From contig JAKFBS010000004.1 of NCBI GenBank assembly GCA_036677065.1, positions 256,001 through 320,000 of the forward strand: a DNA stretch of 64,000 nucleotides. Direction: 5' to 3'. This DNA is from Bdellovibrio sp. (GTDB lineage: Bacteria; Bdellovibrionota; Bdellovibrionia; Bdellovibrionales; Bdellovibrionaceae). The notes beneath the pieces are model-generated. The model was not told the DNA's origin. It saw only the letters and a list, made by a program, of their open reading frames with translations, and ran no database searches. Position 1 is the stretch's first letter. Every line of letters starts with the position of its first letter. Positions 29,326 to 40,250 of this stretch are shown piece by piece. A program made the position numbers and the translations under genes.

Positions 29326-31203
29326 TTAAGGAACCTGTGTTGCAGGAACAATAAGTTTTCCATTTACTATACGGTGACCACGATCAGGAGCTGCTACGGC
29401 TTTTGAATTTTTATCATAGCGAATCGTTATTAACTGATCTTTAAGCGGATCATAGTTCATATTACGATTTACCGGCACATGGCAGCTCAGTTTAGATTCT
29501 TCATCCATTTTAAAATGCTCAAGCATTTTATTACGGCGCTCTACCAGTTTTGCATGGCCAAGTACAACTTCGGCTGAACTTAAACCAGAGGCCACTAAGG
29601 CACTTTTGATTTGCTCAGACGAGTATTGGCAAAGTTTGCGTAACATCCATTGAGCATCTGTTAATTTAATTTTAGAAAACGCTTTGGCATGCTCTAAATT
29701 GCCAATTCCAGATAATTTAATTCGTTGTTGTACTTTTTCTTGCGGCCAGCGGTCATCATTTTGGTTCATATCTTCATAAACTGAAGACACTTCCCATTCC
29801 ATAGTATCGACTGACGAACCTTTGCGTGAAACACCAGTAGCGTGACCCAAGCCAGAACCAGCATCGCCAAAACCAAGACGTAATTGTTTTTTACCTTTGC
29901 CATTGGGAACAGCCATTAAACGTAAATTATCTTTACGGATATCGTAATTACCAGTCCAAGCAGCTAAAACCATGATGCCACGGATCTCTTTAAAATCGCG
30001 GTAATTGAAATCATCAGGAATCCATGGGCCAAGCTCGTCGCCGGTCACAGGATCATCTTTTAAGGTTAACGATGAAGAACCAAATACAAATTGATCGATT
30101 TGTGATTCAAAGTTTACATCGATCATGTCCGCAGTCAGTGTTTCTTCGATAGGGCGGGTGATTAAACGTGCTTGTGCAGTTTTTGCGTCAACAAAAGTAC
30201 CATCTTTTAGTTTCACACCTTTCATCCAAGAAAACGGATTAATAAATTCTTTCTTTACTTTTTTATAGATCGGAATAGCAATCAAAGTTAATTTGAAAGA
30301 CATAACTAAACGTTCATTGAATTCTAAGATAACCCGGCGATCATAATCTATATTTAAAGTTTCATAGTAGTTGATGTGCGGAGCAATGAATCCTAACGAG
30401 CGGTAAATGCGTGAATTTAACGGGCCCGAGTACTCTTCGTTACCGAATTTCATTTTATAAGAATTTTCGCCGCATTTAATATGAAAGCCGGCGTGAACGC
30501 CGTAGCCGCGTTTTGCTTTTTCATATTGGCAGCTGCTTTTAATATCTTTAAAATTGAAGTCGTGTGCGAAATCAATCTTTGCAATATCTTTTTCTTGTAC
30601 GATTTCATCACGCAAGAATTTCAAATCAGGGTCTTGACCTTTGTAGTTTTCAGAAACACTTGGTGAAGATAAAAAGCGGGCGATATGAACGGGAAAAGTA
30701 AAAAATTCGTATTTGCCTTTAACTGGCTCTGTGTACGTTAATTCGATAGCGCGAGCGACCTGAGCGATCTGATATTTAACTTCTTCAAGGCCGATTTCAC
30801 CAGATCTACCGCGCTCAAATAATTCTGCAATATATTTAGCTGAATCTTTTAATGCGCCATCTGTGAAATCAAATTTGTTAAACGGCTTTTTTGTTTCACG
30901 GCCGGTGATGATTTGGTCCGTTTCAATGTTTGCATCTTTACGACGTTTATATTCTTTTAAGAACGCCTGAGCGCCGCGCTCGATAGCTGCTAAGTCACCG
31001 GTATTATTAAGGTCAAAGCGGCGAAATTTAACTTCTGGTTGATTGATCGTAGTTTCATCAAAGAAGTAAGCTTCGCCAAGTTTTGCTCTACCGTAAGTCG
31101 AACTCGGTTCACGTTCAGACACCGGTTTAGAAGTACAGGCTGCGATTAGGACGAAGATCGCCAATAAACATATAGATAATACTGTCTTAATATATTGCTT
31201 CAT
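29326..31203 (-). CDS. Lipoprotein with atypical kinase-like motifs
   Basis: Lipobox IAAC; YKMKFGNE, GNYDIRKDN and FGDAG motifs. Confidence 0.6.
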   Translation of the reverse strand: MKQYIKTVLSICLLAIFVLIAACTSKPVSEREPSSTYGRAKLGEAYFFDETTINQPEVKFRRFDLNNTGDLAAIERGAQAFLKEYKRRKDANIETDQIITGRETKKPFNKFDFTDGALKDSAKYIAELFERGRSGEIGLEEVKYQIAQVARAIELTYTEPVKGKYEFFTFPVHIARFLSSPSVSENYKGQDPDLKFLRDEIVQEKDIAKIDFAHDFNFKDIKSSCQYEKAKRGYGVHAGFHIKCGENSYKMKFGNEEYSGPLNSRIYRSLGFIAPHINYYETLNIDYDRRVILEFNERLVMSFKLTLIAIPIYKKVKKEFINPFSWMKGVKLKDGTFVDAKTAQARLITRPIEETLTADMIDVNFESQIDQFVFGSSSLTLKDDPVTGDELGPWIPDDFNYRDFKEIRGIMVLAAWTGNYDIRKDNLRLMAVPNGKGKKQLRLGFGDAGSGLGHATGVSRKGSSVDTMEWEVSSVYEDMNQNDDRWPQEKVQQRIKLSGIGNLEHAKAFSKIKLTDAQWMLRKLCQYSSEQIKSALVASGLSSAEVVLGHAKLVERRNKMLEHFKMDEESKLSCHVPVNRNMNYDPLKDQLITIRYDKNSKAVAAPDRGHRIVNGKLIVPATQVP

Positions 31204-31211
31204 ATGGGCCC

Positions 31212-31239
31212 AAATCGGCTGTTTGGGACTGTGTCTTAA
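31212..31239 (-). promoter_or_regulatory. Putative sigma28 (FliA) promoter
   Basis: TTAAG-N15-GCCGATTT. Confidence 0.7.
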
Positions 31240-31359
31240 CTGAACAACACGAAGTTTAGCTTTTGGCCTAGCTTTCTGTTTATAAATATGACATGTAATC
31301 GTTCCATGAAAGCCGCCAATAAAAGGGTTTCTGGCCTTTTGGCCAAAAAGGCTCTGAAA

Positions 31360-31387
31360 AATTGGCGCTTATCTTGTATATAGAGTC
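31360..31387 (+). promoter_or_regulatory. Putative sigma54 promoter (GT variant)
   Basis: AATTGGCGCTTATCTTGTATATAGAGTC; 23/28 identical to 55395-55422. Confidence 0.65.
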
Positions 31388-31410
31388 CTAATTGTTCGTT
31401 TGGGGGAAAA

Positions 31411-34400
31411 ATGAAACTAGTTACCACTGCGCTTTTAACGTCTTTGCTTGTTTTGTCAGCTTGTACTCAGAGCCAAAATAGCAAATCTAAAATGATTCCG
31501 TTATTACAGGATTCACAAAATATCATCAGCACGCGTCCACAGAATCAAACGCACGTGATGGCTTTAGTTAAGCTTAAATCTCCTTCACTTCTTGAGACTT
31601 CGTCTAAAGAAGAAGGCGTTACGATCGTTAGTAATGAACAGGCCGCTTCAATCTTAGCCGAGCAAGAAAAAGCTATCGCTGATATGAAAGCTTTAGATGC
31701 TGAAGTTCAGGTTCTTTATAAATACAAATATGTTCTTAATGCAGTTTCTGTACTTGCCCCAATTGCAGTTTTAGAAAAATTAAAAGCTGTTGGCACGATT
31801 GCCTCTTGGGAAGGTATCGGAACATTTGCTCGTCCAATCACTTTTAAAACTGATGGTTTAGCTGCGGCGACAAAATCAATCACTGAAAGAAACTCTTCTA
31901 AATTTATCGGTGCAGAAAAATTAAATCTTGCTGGCCTTACAGGTAAAGGTATCAAAGTAGGTATCATCGATACAGGTATCGACTACACGCACGCCATGTT
32001 TAAAGGTGTGGGAACAGCAGAAGCTTACAAAGCAATTGATCCAGCAAAAGAAGCCTTAGGTTTTCCAAGTGAAAAAGTTCGTGGTGGTGTGGATTTAGTA
32101 GGTACATCTTACGATTCAGCTTCTCCAGATTTTTCTCACCGTGTACCTAAGCCAGATTTGAATCCACTTGATGAAGGTGGTCACGGAACTCACGTAGCAG
32201 GGACTGTTGCGGGTATTGGTGATAATTTAACTTCTTATAATGGTATGGCTCCAGACGCAGATCTTTACGCGATCAAAGTTTTCGGTGCTGATGGTTCAAC
32301 TTCAGACATGGTTGTTATCGCGGCTCTTGAATACTCTGCTGATCCAAATGGTGATGGCGATTTACGTGACCAATTAGATATCGTGAATCTTTCATTAGGT
32401 TCTGGTTACGGTAATCCAAAAATTCTTTACGCTGAAGCGGTAAAAAACTTAGCCAAAGGCGGAACAGTATCTGTGATCTCTGCAGGTAACTCTGGCGCAA
32501 AAGATTATATCGTTGGTGCTCCGGGCACTTCGACTGAAGCTTTATCAGTTGCAGCATCTATTGATGATGGTGATCATAACTGGCATTTCACAGCTTCTAT
32601 CGTAAAAGCAGGAGCAGAAGAAATTTCTGTTGAAACAATTGAAGCAGCAACAACTAAAAAAGTTTCTGAATCAGATGTAACTGGAGAATTAGCTTTCATC
32701 GGAACAGCCGCTGCTGAATTAACTGAAGAGCAAATCGCTGCAGTTGTTGGCAAAGTTGCATTAATCGACCGTGGTGCGGTTACATTTAACGATAAAGTTA
32801 AACGTGCAGCAAATGCAGGTGCAATCGGTGTTATCGTTGCGAACAATCAAGACGGCGCTGCTTTCACGATGGGAACTACAGATAAATTCGAAATTCCTGC
32901 AATCATGGTTACAAAAGAAGTTGGAGCAAAATTAAAAGCAGCTCTTGCAGCTGGCCAAGGTGCTTCAATTCAATTTAAAACTGATAAAACAATCGAAAAA
33001 CCAGAGTTAGTAGACACATTAACTGGTTTCAGTTCAAAAGGTCCGCGTTCAATTGATGGTTTCTTAAAACCAGAAATCTCTGCTCCAGGCAGCGATATTA
33101 TTTCTGCTGACATGGGCGCAGGCGCTGGTGTTGTTAAACTTTCTGGTACGTCAATGGCAGCTCCTCATATGGCCGGTGTATTAGCGTTAGTTAAACAATC
33201 TTTTAAAAACCGTGAAATCGAAGTTTCGGCTTTAGATTTAAAACACGTTTCAATGGGTACAGCTAAAACAATCGGTGATACGGCTGGTCGTTACGCAGTC
33301 ACTCGCCAGGGTTCAGGCCGTGTACAAGCCGATGTTGCAGCAATGTCTGAAATCATCGCTGAAGAGCCTTCAGTATCTTTTGGTGAAATTAATATCGAAG
33401 CAAAAAAAGTTGTTAAATCGGTATTACATTTAAAAAATGTTGCTGCAGAAGACAAAGCGGTTAGCATTGAATTCGTAGGTAATGAATTCGTGCAATTAGC
33501 AAATGGTCAGTCAGTGACTTTAAAAGCTGGCGAATCAACAGCAGTGAAATTAACTTTCACACTTGATGCAACTAAAATGAAAGATGCTTACGTTCGTGAA
33601 ATGGACGGTTGGGTATTAGTTAAAGCTGACGGTAAAGAATTATACCGTGTTCCAGTTTTAGCAGTGGCTCACAAATTATCTGCGATCACATCTAAAGGTT
33701 TAACAGTTTTATCTTCTGCAAATGATGCTGACGGTGCAGCTGCTGAATTAGCTCTTAAAAATGAATCAGCAAATGCTGGTGAAGCGTTATTATTTAATTT
33801 ATTAGCTAAAGATGAACGTAAACCACTAGCACCTTCATTTATGAATGCTGATTGTGATTTACAAGCTGTTGGTTACAGAATCGTTGAAAAAGAAACTGAA
33901 GAAGGCAAAGAACAATTTGTTGAATTCGGTGTTAAAGTTTACAAACCAATGACGACTTGGAATTCATGTGACGTTTCTATCTTAGTTGATAGCGATAAAG
34001 ATGGCGTTGTTGAACAAGAAATCTTAGGTGCTAACACGAAATCAATTCCTGGTGAAACAGCAGAAATTTTTGCTTCTACTTTAATTGATACAATTAAAGC
34101 TCGTGAAATCAGAAAAGCTTTCGAAGTAAAAGTTGAAGCCGCGAAAAACGATGCAGCCGCATTAGCCGCGTTAAAAGATCAAGAAAAATACACTGATGCA
34201 CTTGTAGATCAAAATGATCTAACTATTTACAACAATTCAACTGTAGTTGTGGTTCAAGCGCGCATTAGCCAATTGAAACTTGATTCTAAAAATCAATTAA
34301 ACTTTAAAGTTGTAGTTACTCACAATGAACAAGCTTCTGTGCAAATGGATGATCACTTGGCGAATGAAAAAATGTTGTCAGTATCTATGGAGGCTTCAGA

Positions 34401-34587
34401 TCAATCTTTTGTTGGTCTTGCTGAAACTCAAGCAGTAAATGCAGGAGCAACTTCAACTGTTGAATTAACTAAAGGCCGTGGCGCGCAATCATTATTAGTG
34501 TTGTTACCACAAAATAAAGTGTCGTTCTCTGATGCTTTAAATGATCTTCAATTGTTAATTTTAAAACCGGAATTTAAAGTTCCGTAA
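31411..34587 (+). CDS. S8 subtilisin-like (Vpr-type) serine protease lipoprotein with PA domain
   Basis: Lipobox LSAC; IIDTGID, HGTHVAG, SAGN and GTSMAAPH motifs; PA insert (DRGAVTFNDKV). Confidence 0.95.
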   Translation: MKLVTTALLTSLLVLSACTQSQNSKSKMIPLLQDSQNIISTRPQNQTHVMALVKLKSPSLLETSSKEEGVTIVSNEQAASILAEQEKAIADMKALDAEVQVLYKYKYVLNAVSVLAPIAVLEKLKAVGTIASWEGIGTFARPITFKTDGLAAATKSITERNSSKFIGAEKLNLAGLTGKGIKVGIIDTGIDYTHAMFKGVGTAEAYKAIDPAKEALGFPSEKVRGGVDLVGTSYDSASPDFSHRVPKPDLNPLDEGGHGTHVAGTVAGIGDNLTSYNGMAPDADLYAIKVFGADGSTSDMVVIAALEYSADPNGDGDLRDQLDIVNLSLGSGYGNPKILYAEAVKNLAKGGTVSVISAGNSGAKDYIVGAPGTSTEALSVAASIDDGDHNWHFTASIVKAGAEEISVETIEAATTKKVSESDVTGELAFIGTAAAELTEEQIAAVVGKVALIDRGAVTFNDKVKRAANAGAIGVIVANNQDGAAFTMGTTDKFEIPAIMVTKEVGAKLKAALAAGQGASIQFKTDKTIEKPELVDTLTGFSSKGPRSIDGFLKPEISAPGSDIISADMGAGAGVVKLSGTSMAAPHMAGVLALVKQSFKNREIEVSALDLKHVSMGTAKTIGDTAGRYAVTRQGSGRVQADVAAMSEIIAEEPSVSFGEINIEAKKVVKSVLHLKNVAAEDKAVSIEFVGNEFVQLANGQSVTLKAGESTAVKLTFTLDATKMKDAYVREMDGWVLVKADGKELYRVPVLAVAHKLSAITSKGLTVLSSANDADGAAAELALKNESANAGEALLFNLLAKDERKPLAPSFMNADCDLQAVGYRIVEKETEEGKEQFVEFGVKVYKPMTTWNSCDVSILVDSDKDGVVEQEILGANTKSIPGETAEIFASTLIDTIKAREIRKAFEVKVEAAKNDAAALAALKDQEKYTDALVDQNDLTIYNNSTVVVVQARISQLKLDSKNQLNFKVVVTHNEQASVQMDDHLANEKMLSVSMEASDQSFVGLAETQAVNAGATSTVELTKGRGAQSLLVLLPQNKVSFSDALNDLQLLILKPEFKVP

Positions 34588-34631
34588 GTAGGCCGTCCCT
34601 TTTCCGGGAGCGTCGTGCCAATAAAATTTTT

Positions 34632-34671
34632 AAAGTAAAAAAGGCTGGTCATGACCGGCCTTTTTTACTTT
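34632..34671. terminator. Bidirectional intrinsic terminator
   Basis: AAAGTAAAAAAGGCTGGTC-at-GACCGGCCTTTTTTACTTT. Confidence 0.85.
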
Positions 34672-35378
34672 GTAGAGAGTAAGATTTTTTTGCGGTGATC
34701 TGGATCTAATTTTTCAATCGAGTAGCGCAGCATCGTGCGTGGCATTTTTTTACCAAAACGATCAATAAACTTTAAAAGTCTTGCGCGATCTTTTTTGCCG
34801 GCTTCGCGAAGCATCCAGCCTGATGCTTTATGCATCAGATCTTCAGTTTCAGTTAAGAATTTTTGCGCCAATTTAAATGTTAAATCTAGATCGTGATGTC
34901 TGATTAAAGAAAATGTTGCAACCATAGCCATGCGTTTATCCCAATGAGCTTTTGATTGGCCCAGCTTTTCTAAAAGCGATATATCCTGAATCAAATGACA
35001 ATAGTTACCGACGATTTTGTGGGCTGACATATCGACAAGATCCCAGTTATTCACAAATTTTTTGTGCTTTAGGTATAAACTGACAATGGCTTTTTTTGTT
35101 TTAAGATCTTTGGTGCGGCGATAGTTCTCAGTTAAAATATGTAGTCCTAAAGCGCGATCTTCGTGAATAGGGCTCTGTAAAAGCTGTGAAATATCACTTG
35201 AACTCATTGTTAGAAACTTCAGGGCGATCGCACGATTACTGGGTACGTCTACTCCAATAAACTCATCACCTTCGCCGTATTGTCCGGGGCCTGTTTTGTA
35301 AAAGTATTTTAACGCTGCAACTCGATGAGGTTTAGCAATTTTTCTAAGGGCTTTTTGGGGTGCGTTTAATTTTTTCAT
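34665..35378 (-). CDS. DNA alkylation repair protein (AlkD-like HEAT repeat)
   Basis: YKTGPGQYGEGD, VNNWDLVD and HKASGWMLREAGK motifs. Confidence 0.9.
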   Translation of the reverse strand: MKKLNAPQKALRKIAKPHRVAALKYFYKTGPGQYGEGDEFIGVDVPSNRAIALKFLTMSSSDISQLLQSPIHEDRALGLHILTENYRRTKDLKTKKAIVSLYLKHKKFVNNWDLVDMSAHKIVGNYCHLIQDISLLEKLGQSKAHWDKRMAMVATFSLIRHHDLDLTFKLAQKFLTETEDLMHKASGWMLREAGKKDRARLLKFIDRFGKKMPRTMLRYSIEKLDPDHRKKILLSTK

Positions 35379-35387
35379 CGACGATTG

Positions 35388-38009
35388 TTAATCACCACAA
35401 CTGTTTAAATAAAGGTAATTGCCGGGCCCGATGAAGGCTGTAAAAAGACTGCCTGTGACCATAGATCGCACCGATGTCGCATTCCAACCGCCGATTCCGA
35501 AATTGGCCGCGGTCGCAGCCACCGGAGATGTTTCAACGGCGTTAATACTTGAATTTAAGATACTGCCAGTGCCAAAAGTGGGGCTTGAAGCACTTGTGGC
35601 GTTATAATAAAGATGACCATTGCCGCCAGCACCATTGTTGTAAACAACTTCGGGGCAGCCATCGGTGGTAAAACTTAACGAAGCATTTAATAATCCGTCG
35701 GTAGCTGCAGCCGTTAAACCGCTGACTCCGGCAGAAGACTCAACGATACCATTGCCTAAGTTAACCCAGTTCGCCGAGCTTGTACAAAGCGCGAGCGCTG
35801 AAGTGCAAGATTTGTATCTAACTAAGTTTGTGGCGCGTTCATAAAAAGCGAGCGCAGGTTGGCCGCTGATAGGGTTTAGTTTTACTTTTAATCCCATGCC
35901 CATTGTTGCAGAAATAATTTGCGCTGCGGCTGTCCACGAAACACCGCCGTCAACCGACTGTGTATAGCGAACAGACGTGTTCGTTGTATTATGATAGGCT
36001 AGCACAATTGTTCCTGAAGTGTTGTAGTCAGAGCTTAGTTTTGAAAATTGATTTGTACCTGTATCTAATAATGTATTGTTAGACCAAGTTTCAGTCGCTG
36101 GGTTAAACTTTGCTGAACGGATAAAACGAGTAGCTGCTCCTGAGTTTGAAACAAACATGACAGGCGTTGCGATACCGGCTGAATATGACATTGCCAGGGC
36201 GACATTATTAACCGCTGGAAGTGTCGCAGCAGTTGCGTTGGCGACGGGGAACTGAAATTGAGACCAAATTCCAGAGCCATCAGTTTGTGAATTTGTAAGT
36301 AGAAAATATCTTAAAGTGTTGGCATCGTAATACGCGATCCATGGCTGGTCGTTATGGTCAAACGCAAGACTTACATTGTGCGGTGAATTTGCAGTGCCGA
36401 TATCGTTCGTAGTCCAAGAGTCGCTGCTTAAACTTCCAGTGCGGTATTTATATTTTAATCGGCCAGTCGTTGCAGACCCAACTGAAAAATCGATATAGGC
36501 AACGCCCGGACGACCAACTGATGTTGTTGCCACTGAAATCGTATTTGGTAATTGCGCCGTCGTAAGCTGTACCTGACCAGTGATATCTAATGGAATGTTT
36601 CCGAACACTGTGCCAGTCGCTGAAGAAGGCGAGCTTAAAGTTGTCGATGCGCAGCCAGTTGCTCCAGCAGGACAGTGAGAATAGGCTAAAACAACGTTAC
36701 CCAAAGTTTGCACCGGAGTTGCAGTTGCCGTGCGTCCGTAGGTTAATAAAAGTTGATCACCTGTATTATCGACGGCCAGACCACCACGAGTTAACCCCGC
36801 AGCAGCAATCGTTGTGGTTTCTATATTGGCCACTGAATTCCAAGCTGAAGTGATTGTGCCTGAAGAGTTATAATATCTTAGATTGGCAGTGCCCTCATTG
36901 ACCACAAGATGAAATTTGTTATTCGCATCACGGGCTAAGCTGGCCTGTCCGTTAGCTAATGTAGCCGCAGTTGCAATTACTCGGCTTGTCGCATGAAATG
37001 CCAATGGACCAGTTGCGCAATTACCAGTGCTCTGCGTATAAGCCCGCAGCTCATTACCGGTTGCCCGACGGGCAACGACATTAAATGGTTGCGACGACGA
37101 ATTATCTATATCAAGTTTAGCTACAAATTGATTCACACCGGTGGCGTTTACGCCATCAGTGATTGAAGCCGTAGCCCAATTCGCCGGAGTCAAACAGCTC
37201 GTAAGATTTGCTTGTGTGCAACGGGCGATCAAAGAGTTTGCGGTTCCAGGATAAACAACATACGGGTAGTAAACGCCGCTGCCTGCATTACAAAATTTTA
37301 TATCAGCTGAGTTCGAAGAAATGCTTGCGGTGTTTGAAATATAATTTCCAGCCGCACCCATGCCCGAATAATTACTGGCTGTCTCGCAATTCGAATCACA
37401 CAAAATAACGCGTGCAGAAGTTCCTACTGCACTAATGTAAAATACACCGACTTTATCATCGGGGCTGACCGTCGCTTCAACTGCGCGAGTTGTCATAGAA
37501 GCTACGTTTTCAATGGCGGTCGCAGTCCAACTGCTGGCGGTCATTGCTGATGAAGCTCTTGCAGCCATATAAACTGCGGTAGCGCCATTAGCCCAAAAAA
37601 TTAACGGTCGTCCATCTGATAAATAAACCAGCTTAACAAAGTTGTAAGTTAACCCAGCCGAGACAATCTCTAAATTGTATTTACTGCCATCCCAATAATA
37701 ATATTTTAAGCCAGCCATGCCGGCATCATTATAGATAAATGCAGGATAACCGTTTGCGGGGTTAATTGCGGTATCAGAAAATGCGCCACGCACTCCTGCG
37801 GTCGCAGCACTCGAGCGCTCGCCGTAGTCTAAGATTTTTGTGGTCGGAGTAGTGCACATATTTGAAGTTACGCCTGAAGCAACGGGTGGCGTAACTGACG
37901 GAGGGGTTGTGACATTGCTTACGCTGCCAGTCGAGTTGTCGAAGCAAGAATGAAAAAACAGCACCAGTAAAACGGTATAACTAAGTTTTAAAGCGTTTTT
38001 AAAAGTCAT
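35388..38009 (-). CDS. Large Ser/Thr/Ala-rich lipoprotein with beta-propeller-like repeats
   Basis: FFHSC lipobox; repeated blades (INPANGYPAFIY, FDHNDQPWIAYY, LNPISGQPALAFY); Asp-box SVDGGVSW. Confidence 0.7.
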   Translation of the reverse strand: MTFKNALKLSYTVLLVLFFHSCFDNSTGSVSNVTTPPSVTPPVASGVTSNMCTTPTTKILDYGERSSAATAGVRGAFSDTAINPANGYPAFIYNDAGMAGLKYYYWDGSKYNLEIVSAGLTYNFVKLVYLSDGRPLIFWANGATAVYMAARASSAMTASSWTATAIENVASMTTRAVEATVSPDDKVGVFYISAVGTSARVILCDSNCETASNYSGMGAAGNYISNTASISSNSADIKFCNAGSGVYYPYVVYPGTANSLIARCTQANLTSCLTPANWATASITDGVNATGVNQFVAKLDIDNSSSQPFNVVARRATGNELRAYTQSTGNCATGPLAFHATSRVIATAATLANGQASLARDANNKFHLVVNEGTANLRYYNSSGTITSAWNSVANIETTTIAAAGLTRGGLAVDNTGDQLLLTYGRTATATPVQTLGNVVLAYSHCPAGATGCASTTLSSPSSATGTVFGNIPLDITGQVQLTTAQLPNTISVATTSVGRPGVAYIDFSVGSATTGRLKYKYRTGSLSSDSWTTNDIGTANSPHNVSLAFDHNDQPWIAYYDANTLRYFLLTNSQTDGSGIWSQFQFPVANATAATLPAVNNVALAMSYSAGIATPVMFVSNSGAATRFIRSAKFNPATETWSNNTLLDTGTNQFSKLSSDYNTSGTIVLAYHNTTNTSVRYTQSVDGGVSWTAAAQIISATMGMGLKVKLNPISGQPALAFYERATNLVRYKSCTSALALCTSSANWVNLGNGIVESSAGVSGLTAAATDGLLNASLSFTTDGCPEVVYNNGAGGNGHLYYNATSASSPTFGTGSILNSSINAVETSPVAATAANFGIGGWNATSVRSMVTGSLFTAFIGPGNYLYLNSCGD

Positions 38010-38727
38010 AACCGGCTCCTAACAGAAATTGAAATCTTTGGAATTTTTCTTCGGCATTCAAAGTGCCGCGGCTTCCCTGGCCATCGTAAGAAGTTGATTC
38101 AAATGAATATTCAGATTTTTGCAAGATAGACCAGATATCATTTAATAAATATTTCGCCACATACCCTAAATGAATATTGTACGAGTTTTGGTTAAATCCG
38201 GTGTTGCTTGTTAATTCCTTTTTAATAAACGGCAGTTCTAAGTCAGTAAAGACGTGAACAGATAAATTTGACTGATGCCAAACATTTTTTTCAATAAAAA
38301 GATTAATGGCGTGCAATTCTGAACTGGCAATTAAAATGTTAGGTGTTGTTTCACCAGCAGTAATTTTATTAAAGCTGTAACCTGCGCCGACATTTATATT
38401 TTCTAAGTTTGCGACAAGTTTATAATTTAATTTTGTCTGCTGAGAATTAATTGAACTTGGAGTTAATGAACTAGGAACCGATAATTTATGATTTGCGTTA
38501 GCTAATGAAACACGGTGTTCTTGAGTGCTTTCGTCGTTTTGATAAGTGTAATTCAGCAAAAAAGCGTTGCCCGCTGAAATGGGTTGCTCGGCATTAAACT
38601 GATCGCTGGCTAAGCTGTACTTAAAAAGACTAGCCCCATAAAACGCCTGCAGTTTATGAACGGTATTTGCCTGCGCTAAATTAAAGTTGAATGTCAGTAA
38701 TAATGAAAAAAGAAAAATTTTCTTCAT
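37999..38727 (-). CDS. Outer-membrane beta-barrel protein
   Basis: Start at 38727 by TAATG coupling; signal peptide; C-terminal LGAGYDF. Confidence 0.8.
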   Translation of the reverse strand: MKKIFLFSLLLTFNFNLAQANTVHKLQAFYGASLFKYSLASDQFNAEQPISAGNAFLLNYTYQNDESTQEHRVSLANANHKLSVPSSLTPSSINSQQTKLNYKLVANLENINVGAGYSFNKITAGETTPNILIASSELHAINLFIEKNVWHQSNLSVHVFTDLELPFIKKELTSNTGFNQNSYNIHLGYVAKYLLNDIWSILQKSEYSFESTSYDGQGSRGTLNAEEKFQRFQFLLGAGYDF

Positions 38728-40220
38728 TAAGACTCCCATTCTAAATAAAGTAACTCTTTTAAAGATTCGTCGACTTTTTTCTTCTCATCTGCCGGAAGGC
38801 GTTTAGAAGCTTGTTCAAGCAGGCTTGACAGGTTTTCAGTTTGTGCGGCCATTGCCACCGGAAACTCTGTAGATTTGAAAAGAGTCATTGCTGCCGTGAT
38901 CATGCTTTCAATGCGCATGACAATCACCGTATTAAAGACAGCTTTGTGAAATAAGTAAGACGAAGGTTTAACTTTGCTCCAACTTAATTTGGCATTGCCA
39001 TAACTTTTTCAATTATAGTAAATGTTGCCTAGTAAGAAATATTCGGCATCAGATTTAGTTTTGATCTTTTTCAAGTGAGCCAAAATTTCATTATACTTTT
39101 TTGATGCGTAAAGATGTTTGTTCGGTTCAGGTAGGATCGATTTTGATTTTGGTGAAACGCTTGCAGTCATTGCAGCTGTATTTTTCTGAAATAAACTATT
39201 TTGCAAATTCAGAGCTGTTTTAATGTCGTCGTCGTTTTTAGCCGTGTTCATGAACTGGCTTAAAACATCAAACGCCTTTTGTGATTCGTTAAGTTGGTTA
39301 TAAAATTCGAACAGAGCCGAGGTGATTTCAATGTTACCTGGTTTTTTGTTAGAGGCGGCTAAAAACATTTTCTCAGCCTGTTCATAATTTTTCATTAGTT
39401 GGTAATGATGACCGATTTCGGTTAAAATAGCCGGGTAATCTTGATAGGCTGCAAGATATCTGTTGAAATGTTCCAGTTTGAAATTTGCATCAATATTTTT
39501 AGTCGCGTTTAGATATCCCAGAAAACATTTGGGTGAAACTTCAAGCGTTGTAAGACAACGTTTGTACAGTTCGGGCTGTTTGTCTGATAAGTTTTGTTTT
39601 GTGTTTAATTCGGCTTGTAATAAATAAGCCTGCTCGGTGGGTTTGGCTTTAGCAAAGTAGACATCAAGGTCTGCTTTCGCCAAAGGTAAATTATTTAATT
39701 TTAAATGAAGTGCAGCTCGCTTAAGATAAAATGACGGCTCAGATTGATTACTGATAAGAATATTAAGATATGTGATTGCTTCGTCGGGTTGGTTCAGAGC
39801 GAAAGAACAATCGGCCAGAACGTTATAAAATTTTACCTTATTGGCCAAGTGGGGAAGCATAAATTTAGCTTTGTCACAGGCTTCGGCTGGCTTTTGCTGG
39901 GCTAGATATTCTACGGCTAGCTGGTGGTTGAAATTGACGTCAAATGGAGCTTTTTTAATTTTATCGTGTAAAAGTGTAACAAATCTTTCAGTCAGATTAT
40001 TTGCTTTGTAAAGTTTTGAAAGTTTATCGAGCACATAGATTTCGTTTTGTTTGTCAGTGTTCAGTAGTCTTTTCAGTTTTTGGATGGCTTCAAGTTCATT
40101 TTTCTGCGCTAAAAGATGTTCGACGGTTTTATAATTATCAGCATGACTGTTTTTAATGAAAATTATATCGCTGGCCTGCGCATTAAGTGCAGTCACAAGG
40201 ATGGTTATAATTAGTTTCAT
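38727..40220 (-). pseudogene. Secreted TPR-repeat protein interrupted by one in-frame TGA (39009-39011)
   Basis: ORFs 39009-40220 and 38727-38927 share one frame. Reading through gives EYFLLGNIYYN*KSYGNAKLSWSKV, an intact TPR unit, with no other stop until 38727. Confidence 0.75.
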
Positions 40221-40250
40221 AATAAGCGCCTCCGAATTATTTACCTGTGC

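Noticed and set aside
39009..39011. Genome-wide TGA recoding or selenocysteine
   Set aside because: TGA ends other genes (1428, 2495, 45451, 62656), the position is not a Cys-type site, and there is no convincing SECIS.
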